Part shown: one piece after another, positions 8,566-16,879 of the stretch
How the letters are laid out: every line of letters starts with the position of its first letter
Numbering within the stretch: the first letter of the stretch is position 1
NCBI GenBank assembly: GCA_045863855.1
Contig: BTVV01000095.1
Span: 1-24,394, forward strand
DNA from: Planctomycetota bacterium
Lineage (GTDB): Bacteria > Planctomycetota > SZUA-567 > H5-PLA8
Direction of reading: 5' to 3'
DNA length: 24,394 bases
The notes under the pieces: model-generated
Database searches by the model: none
What the model saw: only the letters and a program-made list of their open reading frames with translations
What the model was told of the DNA's origin: nothing
Made by a program: the position numbers and the translations under genes

Positions 8566-9492
8566 ATGAGCCTCGAATTCCTCGTCATCGCCAACCCCGC
8601 GTCGGGTCAACGGCGCGGGCCGGAGTTGGCGCGTCTGGCCGTTGAAGGCCTACGCGCAGCCGGCCGTACGGCGGAACTTTTTCTTACTGAAGGTCCGGGT
8701 GGTGCGGGTGTACGCGCGCGCCATGCGCTCGACGAAGGGGTGACGACGATCGTCGGCTGCGGGGGCGACGGCACGCTTCAGGAGCTGGCCGACGCGGTGG
8801 CGGCTACTCCGGTGCGATTGGGCATCCTTCCGGGCGGTCGTTGCAACGATCTGGCCCGCGCCTTGGGTTTGCATCGCAAAGATCCGCTCGAGAAACTGCT
8901 CGCGCCGTTGCTCTCGGACGCCTTTCGCCGCATCGATGTGGCACGTTATAGCCCCCTGGACGGCCGTCCACCCAAGCGCTATTGCACTGTCGCCACACTG
9001 GGCTTCGATACGGCGGTGACCGAATTCGTCCGCGCCCATCGCTTTCCGGTGCGTGGATCGGCCGAGTACGTGTACGGCGTGCTGCGCGTGCTGCTCTCGT
9101 TTCGGCCGCCGGTGGTGCGCCTGACGGGCGATTTTGGAATCTTCGAAGGGCCGATCACTCTGGCCGCGACGGCAAACTCGGCCTATTACGGCGGCGCGAT
9201 GCGAATCGCGCCCGATGCGCGAGTGGACGACGGCCAATTGGACCTTTGCGTGGTCGATGCCTTGCCCCGCGAAACGATCGTGCGGGTGCTCCCCTTGGTC
9301 TTTTCCGGCAGGCATACGGAGCATAGTTCTGTACGGATGCTGCGGACCCGAAAGGTAGAGATCGAGGTGCTTGAAGGATCGCCTAACCTGTGTGCCGATG
9401 GGGAGATATTAGGATCGGCACCGGCATACCTGGAGTGCGAACCCGGGGCACTGAAGGTCTGCTCGGAATTCTCAACCTCTAGAACAACATAG
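8566..9492 (+). CDS. Diacylglycerol/sphingosine kinase family lipid kinase (YegS/Rv2252/BmrU)
   Basis: IANPASG, GGDGT, GILPGGRCNDLAR, LGFDT, NSAYYGG, DDGQLD and DGE motifs. Confidence 0.92.
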   Translation: MSLEFLVIANPASGQRRGPELARLAVEGLRAAGRTAELFLTEGPGGAGVRARHALDEGVTTIVGCGGDGTLQELADAVAATPVRLGILPGGRCNDLARALGLHRKDPLEKLLAPLLSDAFRRIDVARYSPLDGRPPKRYCTVATLGFDTAVTEFVRAHRFPVRGSAEYVYGVLRVLLSFRPPVVRLTGDFGIFEGPITLAATANSAYYGGAMRIAPDARVDDGQLDLCVVDALPRETIVRVLPLVFSGRHTEHSSVRMLRTRKVEIEVLEGSPNLCADGEILGSAPAYLECEPGALKVCSEFSTSRTT

Positions 9493-9681
9493 AGTTATCG
9501 ATTCAGTCGGTGAAAGGGGAAAGTGCGCACAAGAATAATTAAAAAAGGTATGCACAAAGTGCGTGATGACGGCGTTAAATATAGGCAGGAAAGAAGTAAC
9601 CCGGTATTCGCTGGGCTCGAATCCGGGGGAGTGCTATACCATTTAGCGCTACCACACAGCCCCAATACGGGATAGTACGTA

Positions 9682-10242
9682 ATGCAGATCGAGTACTGCG
9701 AACTCTGTAATAGTCGGGTCACGGAGCGCGACCAGGAGTTGGGTCACGCGGCCTGGATCAGCGGTTCGCTGTTGTGTAAGTCGTGCATGGAAAAACGCGG
9801 GCTGCAAGCTCCGCCGCGAACTATTCCCGTCAACAAAAAGGAATCCGGAAGCGGGATTCACCGCGTTCCAGGGGTGGGTAGTGGCATTCATAGCATTCCG
9901 CAGGTGCCGCCCAAGCCCGGCAAAGTGCGCCCGCCGAGCGGCTTGTTCGGCGGAAATCCTGGAAGCAACGTGCGGCGCGGCCGGCAAAGCAAGGTGCGTG
10001 GCGGGCGCAGCGCGGTGCGTGCTCCGGGCAGCGGCGTGAAGCACGTACCGCCGACCAGTTCGATCCGGGCGGCCTCGGGCGAACGCTCGCCCAGTTCGTC
10101 GCGCTTGCGCAACGCGCGCCGGCGCAGTTCGGGCATCATGGGCGCGGCGCGCGCCGGCAACACGCTTTGGGTGCCGGTGGTGGGCGTGCTGGTGGGCCTG
10201 GTAATCGGGGCCGGCTTGTTCTATTTCCTGATCGTGCGCTGA
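9682..10242 (+). CDS. Hypothetical protein: N-terminal CxxC...CxxC zinc ribbon, disordered Ser/Gly/Arg linker, single C-terminal transmembrane helix
   Basis: YCELC-x22-CKSC. GSGIH repeated twice. C-terminal LWVPVVGVLVGLVIGAGLFYFLIVR. Fills the gap between co-oriented genes. Confidence 0.75.
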   Translation: MQIEYCELCNSRVTERDQELGHAAWISGSLLCKSCMEKRGLQAPPRTIPVNKKESGSGIHRVPGVGSGIHSIPQVPPKPGKVRPPSGLFGGNPGSNVRRGRQSKVRGGRSAVRAPGSGVKHVPPTSSIRAASGERSPSSSRLRNARRRSSGIMGAARAGNTLWVPVVGVLVGLVIGAGLFYFLIVR

Positions 10243-10329
10243 CCTGTCGTTTCCGCCGCGCCGTCGCTACACTCCCCTTCATGGCTTTGTATTGATGAAC
10301 CCTTCGTCGGCTCGGCCGGGAGATTATCC

Positions 10330-11307
10330 ATGACGCGCGTAGCCGTCTTCGGCAGCGGGTATTGGGGCAAGAACCTGATTCGTAACTTTCATGCGCTGGG
10401 CGCACTGGGCAAGGTCGTGAAGCGCGGACCTGGCGGGGACGCGCAGATCGCCGAATGGGCGCCCGGCGTGGCGTTGACGCGCGAAGCCGAAGACGTCTGG
10501 AACGATCCCGCGCTGCCGGCGGTGGTGCTGGCCACGCCCGCCGAGACGCATTACTCGTTGGCCAAGCGGGCGCTGGAAGCCGGCAAGGACGTACTGGTTG
10601 AAAAGCCCCTGACCTTGGACGTCGGCGAAGCGCGCGAACTGGTGGCGTTGGCGGCGGCACGCGGCCGCGTGCTGATGGTCGGCCAGCAGCTTGAATACCA
10701 CCCGGCGGTGGAGGCGTTACACGCGCTGCTCGCTTCGGGCGAGCTGGGCGCGGTGCGCTACGTCATCAGCGAACGCTTGAACTGGGGGCGCTTCCGCTCG
10801 GAAGAGAACGCGCTCTGGTCGCTGGCTCCGCACGACATGGGTTTAATCCTGCGCTTGATGGGCCGCGAGCCGCGCGAAGTGATTGCCGCGGGCGGCGCCT
10901 GGCTGCAGCCGAAGATCGCCGACAACGCTGTGGTGCTCATGCATTTCGAAGGCGGCGCGCGGGCGCACGTGCACGTCTCTTGGCTGCATCCGCTGAAGCA
11001 GCGCGCGCTGACGGTGGTGGGCGAAAAGCAGTCGGTGGTCTTCGACGACGGCGCCGGGACGCTGCAGCGCTTCGATCACGCGGTGGAGCGCAAAAACGGC
11101 GCTCCTGTGGCCGTCACCGGCCGCGCGCATGACGTGCCGTTTGCGAAAGACGAACCGCTGCGCCGCGAGTGCGCGCATTTTCTGGATTGCGTGAAAACGC
11201 GCGCGACGCCGCGCACCGACAGCGTACTGGCGCTGAATGTCCTGCGCGTCCTGGACGCCGCGCAGCGCTCGCTGGAAGGCCGCGGCGCGCCGCAGGCCCT
11301 GGCGTAG
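10330..11307 (+). CDS. Gfo/Idh/MocA family oxidoreductase (WbpB/WlbA-like nucleotide-sugar 3-dehydrogenase)
   Basis: GSGYWGKNLIRNF, ATPAETH, VLVEKP, ENALWSLAPHD, HVSWLHPLKQR and EPLRRECAHF motifs. GGAG RBS. Confidence 0.92.
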   Translation: MTRVAVFGSGYWGKNLIRNFHALGALGKVVKRGPGGDAQIAEWAPGVALTREAEDVWNDPALPAVVLATPAETHYSLAKRALEAGKDVLVEKPLTLDVGEARELVALAAARGRVLMVGQQLEYHPAVEALHALLASGELGAVRYVISERLNWGRFRSEENALWSLAPHDMGLILRLMGREPREVIAAGGAWLQPKIADNAVVLMHFEGGARAHVHVSWLHPLKQRALTVVGEKQSVVFDDGAGTLQRFDHAVERKNGAPVAVTGRAHDVPFAKDEPLRRECAHFLDCVKTRATPRTDSVLALNVLRVLDAAQRSLEGRGAPQALA

Positions 11308-11309
11308 CG

Positions 11310-14300
11310 CTATTTAGCGGTGCCCTTGGTTCCCGCCACGCCCTTGTAAACCATGGCCGCGTCGCCGCGGTACGCGAAGCCGTTCAATGCGATTTCGGCC
11401 GGAACGGTGACCGTGGTGCTCACGGTCGCGTCGGTCATGCCGAACGCGGCCATTTCGTCCGCGAAGGATCCGAACTTAAAGTAGGCGGTCACCACCGCCG
11501 GTCCCGGCCTGACCAGGCTTCCGGCCTTCTTGAACGCAAAGCGCAGGCCTTGGGTGGGGTTCTTGGGACTCGCGCCGTTGGCGGCCAGTGCCAGATCGCC
11601 CGTGGCGATGCCTCCGAATTCGAACGAGCCCGTATTCGCCGCCAAAGGATTCAAGCCGGGGGGCAGGTTCACCATGCCTTTGATCTTGACGTAATCGCGC
11701 CCGGCGAAACGCGGGTTGAAGTTCAAGTAGACGCGTGCGGACGAGAGGACCAAGGTGCCCGACGGCTCCGGTACGCCCACGTTAATGGTGACCGTATCGG
11801 TGGCCATGAACGAGTTCGAATCCGTCACGGTCAGGGTGTAGACGTGCGATCCCGGTCCGGGCGGCATGATGCTGCCGGGATTTTGAAGCGTCGAAGCGAA
11901 ACCGCCGGGACCGGACCACAAGAAGGTGTAGGGTCCCGATCCGCCCGTGGGGGTGCTGAAGAGGCTGGTGGATTCGCCGTCTTCGATCGAATCCGGCGAC
12001 GCCATGGGGTTGGCGGCCAGCGTGGCCAGAACCGTGACGGTCACCGAAGCCATGCCGGTGCCGGACGAGGAATCGGTGACGGTGAGCAGGTAGACATTGG
12101 GACCAAGATTGGGAGGCGTGACCGCGCCGGGGTTTTGCGCGGCCGACGAAAACCCTCCGGGTCCGCTCCAGGCAAACGCAGTGTAGACGCCCGAACCGCC
12201 GATGGGCGCAGAGGAGAGGTTGGTTGAGGAGCCTTCCAGAACGATGAGCGGCGCAGCCGTAGCTTGCGGATCGAGCGCGAAGTCCCAGTTCACGTTGTTG
12301 CCCGAATCGATCGAGTTGGCGGCCAGGATTGCCGTGGCGTGGATGTTCGTCGAATCGCTCACGTCGACGAACTGGACGCTGCGCGTGCCTTGCGGATCGA
12401 TGAACCACGGCGTGCCGGGGGCCGAGGAATCGAGTTGGACGCGCGTGGCGGACGCGCCGCCGTTGATCGTGAGCGCTCCGGCGACCGTCTGGGTCGATCC
12501 GGCCTCGAATACGAGCGCCTTATTCGGAGTCTGCACCGTCAGATTGAAGAATAGTGTGGAGCCGGTGAGCGTGGAAATCTGCGCGGCGTTGTTGAAGAAG
12601 ACGTCGCCCATGCGGCTTTCGAAGGCGCCGCCGGCCGAAGCATTCCAGGCGCCGCCGACGGTGAGTCCGAAGTTCCCGGCCGAGGCGTCCAAAATCCCGC
12701 CGGCCAGCGTCAGATCGTTCAGCACGGCGAGTGCCGACGGCAGTTCGAACGTTTCGCCCGCATCGGCCGCTTCGAGCACCAGATTGCGGTAGGCGAACGC
12801 CTTGAGCGTGTAGGTGTCCGCGAACCCGCTGGTGTTGCCCGCGTAACGCACCGTCGAACCGGCCTGCAGAACGGGCGTGGAGAGCGCCTCGCCGCCTTGC
12901 AGGCGCAGAGCCGCGCCGGAGGCCACCGTCAGCGCCCCCGTGACGGTCAGGTCGAACCCGTTCAGGTCGAGCGTGCCTGACGTGATCGTCACCGTTTGTC
13001 CGGCCGCGTTGGCGACGAACGAGGACGCCAGCAGGACCGCGCCCGAAGGCTTTTCCAGTGCGACCGGCGTGTTCAGCAGATCGGACGCGCCGGTAAGGTC
13101 GAAGAGTTGATTGCCCGCGCCGGCGAAGACCAGACGGCCGGTGTCGGCGTTGTCCCACGTGCTTTGCACGGAGACCGCGTCGAGGGCTTTAACGGTGCCG
13201 TTCGCGGGCGCCGGCGATTGCAGCAGCCGGCCGTCGGCCAACGACAGCGGGCCGCTCACCGTCAAAGTGGTGCCGGTCGAGAAGGTGAAGGATGTATTGG
13301 CGCCGCGAAAAACGACCGTCTCGAGCGTGTGGCTGCCCGAAAGCGTAAGCGATCCGGCGAAGACCAGCGTGGAGCCCGCGACGTTCAGCCCGCCGCTGGT
13401 GTAGGTCCAGTTGCCCGTAGTGCGGATGATGCCTAAAAGCGTCAGCGTGCCAGAGGGCTTGGCGATCTGAACCCCCGGCAGATTCCCGCTAGTCTCGTTG
13501 CCGTCGGCCAGGAGCGTCTGCGCGCCGGCGCCGGCGATACGGATCGTGGCGCTGCCTCCGATGCCGCCGCCCGCATCCGGAGACGTTACGGGACCCAGGG
13601 CCGCCACCGTGCCGGTGTTGATGGAGTCGTTCGCATTTCCCGCGACGCCGCTGGAGAGGCTGAGCGCGCCGTTCACCGTCAGCGTCGTGCCGGCGGCCAC
13701 CGTATACACGGAGTTGGTGGTGGAAGCCGAGTTGTCGTTAAAGGTCACGTCGTTGAGCGCATGGCTTCCGGTGATGGTCAGCGTGCCGGCGAAGACCAGC
13801 ATGCTGCCGGTAACGTCCAGAGCGCCGCTGGTGTAAGTCCAGGAGTTGGTCGTGCGGACGGTTCCGGCAAGGGTGAGTGTTCCCGCGGGCTTGGCGACCT
13901 GGATGGCCGGCAGGTTACCGCCGGTCGCGCTGCCGCTGCCGGTGAGCGTCTGGGCGCCCGAACCGGCGATGCGGATCGTGGCGCTGCCTCCGACGCCGCC
14001 GCCGAAATCGAGCGCCGTGACGTGGCCGAGGGCCGCGATCGTTCCGGTGTTGAGGGTATCGCTCGAATTGCCCGCAAGGCCGCTGGACAGGTTGAGCGTG
14101 CCGTTCACCGTCAGCGTCGTGCCGATCGCGATCGTGTAGACGGTGCTGGTGGTTGAGGACGAGTTGTCGTTGAAGGTCACGTCGTTGAGGGCATGGCTTC
14201 CGGTAATGGTCAGCGTGCCGGCGAAGACCAGCGTACTGCCGGCCACGTTCAATGCGCCGCTGGTGAATGTCCAACTGTTGGTCGTGCGGATGATGCCCGA

Positions 14301-16346
14301 AAGCGTCATCGTGCCCGAGGGTTTGGCGATCTGGATGCCCGGCAGGTTCCCGTTGGTGGTGCTGCCGCTGCCGGTGAGGGTTTGAGCGCCCGTCCCGATC
14401 AAGCGGATGGTGGCGCTGCCGCCCATGCCGCCGCCAAAGTCAACGCTGGTGACGTGGCCCTGCACCTCGATGACGCCCGAGTTAATGGAATCGCCGAAGA
14501 CGCCCGGCAGGCCGCTGGAGAGGAGCAAGTTGCCGCGCACCGTCAACGTCGTGCCGAAGGCGACCGTGTAGGCCACGTTGGCCGCCGCGTTATCGAAGAA
14601 CATCACGTCCTGGAGCGCGTGGCTGCCGGTAATGGTCAAGGCCGCCGCGAATACGACGGTGCTACCCGCCGGGTCCAGCGTGCCGCCCGTATAGGTCCAA
14701 CCGTTCCCGGTACGGATCGTCCCCGAAAGGAAAAGCGTTCCCGAAGGCTTGGCGATCTCGACCGGTGGCAGGTTCCCGTTGGTCGCGCTGCCGCTGCCGG
14801 TCAAGGTCTGGTTGGCGGAACCGGCGATGCGCAGCAGCGCCGTTCCGCCGATTCCGCTGCCGGCGGGCGTGGCGACCACGTTGCCCAGCGCGTTCAGGGT
14901 GCCGGTCACGATCGTATCGGTCGCGACGCCACCCGCGCCGCTGGAAAGCGAGAGCGTGCCCGAGACGTTCAGCGTCGACCCGAAGGCGATCGTGTAGACC
15001 ACGTTCGCGGCTGCGTTGTCGTTGAAGCTGACGTCGCCCAACGTGTGCGTGCCCGAAATCGTGAGTGCGCCGGCGAAGACCATCGTATTTCCGGAAGTAT
15101 CCAGGGCTCCGCTGGTATAGGTCCAGTTGCTGGCGGTGCGCACGATACCCGAAAGGAAGAGCGTCCCCGAGGGCTTGGCGATCTCGACGGGGGGCAGGTT
15201 TCCGCTGGTCGCACTGCCGCTGCCGGTGAGCGTCTGCGCGCCGCCGCCGGCGATGCGCAGCGTGGCCGTGCCGCCGATGCCACCTCCGGCATCCAGAGTC
15301 GCGATATCGCCCAGCGCTTCCAGGGTGCCGGTGTTGATCAGGTCGCCGGCATTCCCCGCCAGGCCGCTGGAAAGCCCCAGCGTTCCGGACACCGTGAGCA
15401 CCGTTCCGAAAGAGATGGTGTACGTTCGCGCGGTGGAGCTTCCGTCGTTGAAGCGAACGTTGCCCAGCGTGTGCGAACCCTGAATCGTCAGTGTGTTGCC
15501 GAAGACGACCGTGCCGTTGTTGCTGAAGTCGAATGCTCCGCCGTTCACCGTCCAGCTTCCGTTCGAAGTCACCGTGGTGGATGGGATCTTGAAGGTTCCG
15601 GCGTTCAGCGTAAAGCCGCCGGTAAAGACCACGGCGCCGGCCGCGCCGTTAAAGGTGCCGCCGGCCATGGTCCACGAACCGCCGACGGTCAGCGTTCCGG
15701 TGGAGGCGTTGAAGAACCCCGCCGATTGGGTCGCCGAAGCCGGCGACGTAAACGTAATCGCGCTGGCTCCCGCGGCGAAGGTGCCTCCGTCCAGCGCGAG
15801 CGAAGATGCGGCGCCGAAGGTGATCGGACCGTTCGCGGTGAGCGTCCCGCCGTTTAGCGTGGCCGGCGCGTTAATCGCAGTAGCGCCCGAGGTGGTGGTG
15901 AAGCTGCCGCCGTTCAGCGTAAAGCTGCCTGTCATCGTGATGTTGGCGCTTCCCGAACCGAACGTGGCGGCGTCCTGGCTGTAGTTGCTTAGGCCCACCG
16001 TAAAGGTGAACGAGCCTTGCGAAATGACCCCCGTATAGCCCGGCAGGATGCGGAAGCCCAAAACGCTTACGTTGAGGTTAAAGGTGCAGTTGCCCAGCCC
16101 CCCGCCATCGAAGAAGGCGACATCGCTGGCGCCGGGAACGGATGCGCCACCGGCGCCGCCGGACGTGGCGGACCAATTGGCCGCGAGGTTCCAGTTTCCA
16201 CCTGCCGGTGCAGGGGCTACCCAATACCGATCGGCGGCTTGTATCGAAAATGATAAACCAAAGCAAAGCACCCACGGAACTAACCATCCAGCATTGAAAA
16301 TGTAGCGATTTGCGTCTAACTCGTCTCTGTTTTGTCTCATGTGCAA
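11310..16346 (-). CDS. Large secreted surface/adhesin-like protein (1678 aa) with beta-solenoid tandem repeats, two PKD/Ig-like domains and an unassigned C-terminal domain
   Basis: Long G/T/S/A-rich ORF. Signal peptide ending SIQA|ADRYWV. NWSATSGGAGGASVP cap. Five internal repeats. Two WSGPGGF...QNP...Y.LTVTDS domains. Start is TTG 16346 or ATG 16340 behind GAGGA. Confidence 0.9.
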   Translation of the reverse strand: MHMRQNRDELDANRYIFNAGWLVPWVLCFGLSFSIQAADRYWVAPAPAGGNWNLAANWSATSGGAGGASVPGASDVAFFDGGGLGNCTFNLNVSVLGFRILPGYTGVISQGSFTFTVGLSNYSQDAATFGSGSANITMTGSFTLNGGSFTTTSGATAINAPATLNGGTLTANGPITFGAASSLALDGGTFAAGASAITFTSPASATQSAGFFNASTGTLTVGGSWTMAGGTFNGAAGAVVFTGGFTLNAGTFKIPSTTVTSNGSWTVNGGAFDFSNNGTVVFGNTLTIQGSHTLGNVRFNDGSSTARTYTISFGTVLTVSGTLGLSSGLAGNAGDLINTGTLEALGDIATLDAGGGIGGTATLRIAGGGAQTLTGSGSATSGNLPPVEIAKPSGTLFLSGIVRTASNWTYTSGALDTSGNTMVFAGALTISGTHTLGDVSFNDNAAANVVYTIAFGSTLNVSGTLSLSSGAGGVATDTIVTGTLNALGNVVATPAGSGIGGTALLRIAGSANQTLTGSGSATNGNLPPVEIAKPSGTLFLSGTIRTGNGWTYTGGTLDPAGSTVVFAAALTITGSHALQDVMFFDNAAANVAYTVAFGTTLTVRGNLLLSSGLPGVFGDSINSGVIEVQGHVTSVDFGGGMGGSATIRLIGTGAQTLTGSGSTTNGNLPGIQIAKPSGTMTLSGIIRTTNSWTFTSGALNVAGSTLVFAGTLTITGSHALNDVTFNDNSSSTTSTVYTIAIGTTLTVNGTLNLSSGLAGNSSDTLNTGTIAALGHVTALDFGGGVGGSATIRIAGSGAQTLTGSGSATGGNLPAIQVAKPAGTLTLAGTVRTTNSWTYTSGALDVTGSMLVFAGTLTITGSHALNDVTFNDNSASTTNSVYTVAAGTTLTVNGALSLSSGVAGNANDSINTGTVAALGPVTSPDAGGGIGGSATIRIAGAGAQTLLADGNETSGNLPGVQIAKPSGTLTLLGIIRTTGNWTYTSGGLNVAGSTLVFAGSLTLSGSHTLETVVFRGANTSFTFSTGTTLTVSGPLSLADGRLLQSPAPANGTVKALDAVSVQSTWDNADTGRLVFAGAGNQLFDLTGASDLLNTPVALEKPSGAVLLASSFVANAAGQTVTITSGTLDLNGFDLTVTGALTVASGAALRLQGGEALSTPVLQAGSTVRYAGNTSGFADTYTLKAFAYRNLVLEAADAGETFELPSALAVLNDLTLAGGILDASAGNFGLTVGGAWNASAGGAFESRMGDVFFNNAAQISTLTGSTLFFNLTVQTPNKALVFEAGSTQTVAGALTINGGASATRVQLDSSAPGTPWFIDPQGTRSVQFVDVSDSTNIHATAILAANSIDSGNNVNWDFALDPQATAAPLIVLEGSSTNLSSAPIGGSGVYTAFAWSGPGGFSSAAQNPGAVTPPNLGPNVYLLTVTDSSSGTGMASVTVTVLATLAANPMASPDSIEDGESTSLFSTPTGGSGPYTFLWSGPGGFASTLQNPGSIMPPGPGSHVYTLTVTDSNSFMATDTVTINVGVPEPSGTLVLSSARVYLNFNPRFAGRDYVKIKGMVNLPPGLNPLAANTGSFEFGGIATGDLALAANGASPKNPTQGLRFAFKKAGSLVRPGPAVVTAYFKFGSFADEMAAFGMTDATVSTTVTVPAEIALNGFAYRGDAAMVYKGVAGTKGTAK
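13338..15479 (-). repeat. Five tandem intragenic repeats of 426-432 bp (142-144 aa)
   Basis: GNLP codons recur at 15193, 14767, 14341, 13909 and 13477 (spacing 426, 426, 432, 432). Each unit has G(S/T)H.L..V.F.D...LSSG...GG(T/S)A...QTL...GNLP...AKP.GT...RT...WT(Y/F)T.G.L...VFA. Confidence 0.92.
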
Positions 16347-16384
16347 TCAAATCCTCGTGCTTGACTCCTTTGTTTCGTTTGTTT

Positions 16385-16401
16385 CGCAATCGGATAGCCA
16401 A
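16385..16401 (-). promoter_or_regulatory. sigma54 (-24/-12) promoter for the large secreted protein
   Basis: Minus strand TTGGCTATCCGATTGCG = TGGC-N7-TTGC, GG-N10-GC, about 40 nt upstream of the start codon. Confidence 0.65.
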
Positions 16402-16561
16402 AGTTAAACCGCGCATATATCTTGAGTAACGGACTCGTTTAATCTTCGCGCGCTCATTAAAGGGGAAGGAATGAAAGCGGTGGGAGGAGGTCAGCGTGCG
16501 CAGTTGGATGTGCACCTGCGCATTAGGTGAATAGTCATCCAACCTCTTTGCAGCTCAACCT

Positions 16562-16590
16562 TTGCAATCGTTCGCCAAGTATCTTAAAAT
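16562..16590 (+). promoter_or_regulatory. Near-consensus sigma70 promoter for the small ORF
   Basis: TTGCAA (16562-16567)-17 bp-TAAAAT (16585-16590), 90 nt upstream of ATG 16681. Confidence 0.6.
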
Positions 16591-16680
16591 GACAAAAGGC
16601 GAGCTTCCAACGGTGGACTTGCCTTTGCATGCCAACCGCTCGGCGGTTTGGACGCCTATTAAGGCGAGAGGAGCTAACTC

Positions 16681-16878
16681 ATGCAGATAGGAACTCAGGT
16701 CTTTAGGCGGGTGGTACAGGAACGTGAGGAATTGATCCGCTTGGCGGCGATCAAGGCCATCGCGGATACGATGCAGGAGACGACCCGCTTTGGCTGCTTC
16801 GATCGCGCGTATATCGAACAATGTGCGGCAAAGCGGCTGCGAGAATCTTTAGAGCATTGCCGCGAAGGGGCGGCTTGA
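16681..16878 (+). CDS. Small hypothetical protein (65 aa)
   Basis: GAGGAG RBS 7 nt before the ATG, upstream sigma70-like promoter, hairpin right after the stop, otherwise intergenic location. No family recognised. Confidence 0.55.
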   Translation: MQIGTQVFRRVVQEREELIRLAAIKAIADTMQETTRFGCFDRAYIEQCAAKRLRESLEHCREGAA

Positions 16879-16879
16879 C

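Noticed and set aside
1950..9492. Sphingolipid catabolism pathway (ceramidase + sphingosine kinase + PLP lyase)
   Set aside because: The kinase is in a separate, oppositely oriented unit. The PLP enzyme is DegT-type rather than S1P-lyase-type. The hydrolases lack the C-terminal domain of true neutral ceramidases.
11310..11760. Autotransporter beta-barrel or T9SS CTD
   Set aside because: Too short for a 12-strand barrel, ends in Lys rather than an aromatic residue, and has no YPNP-type motif.
13338..15479. CRISPR array or DGR template/variable repeat pair
   Set aside because: The repeats are in-frame coding units of about 430 bp without spacers. Differences are not adenine-specific, and no cas or reverse transcriptase gene is present.
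14193..15857. 554-aa plus-strand ORF, and similarly 17684-19549 (-) and 17824-19533 (+)
   Set aside because: Antisense or alternative-frame ORFs are expected from high-GC codon bias over well-supported genes. They show no recognisable motifs.
16595..16680. Known riboswitch (c-di-GMP, SAM, TPP, cobalamin)
   Set aside because: Diagnostic conserved motifs were not found by eye. Retained only as an unassigned structured leader.
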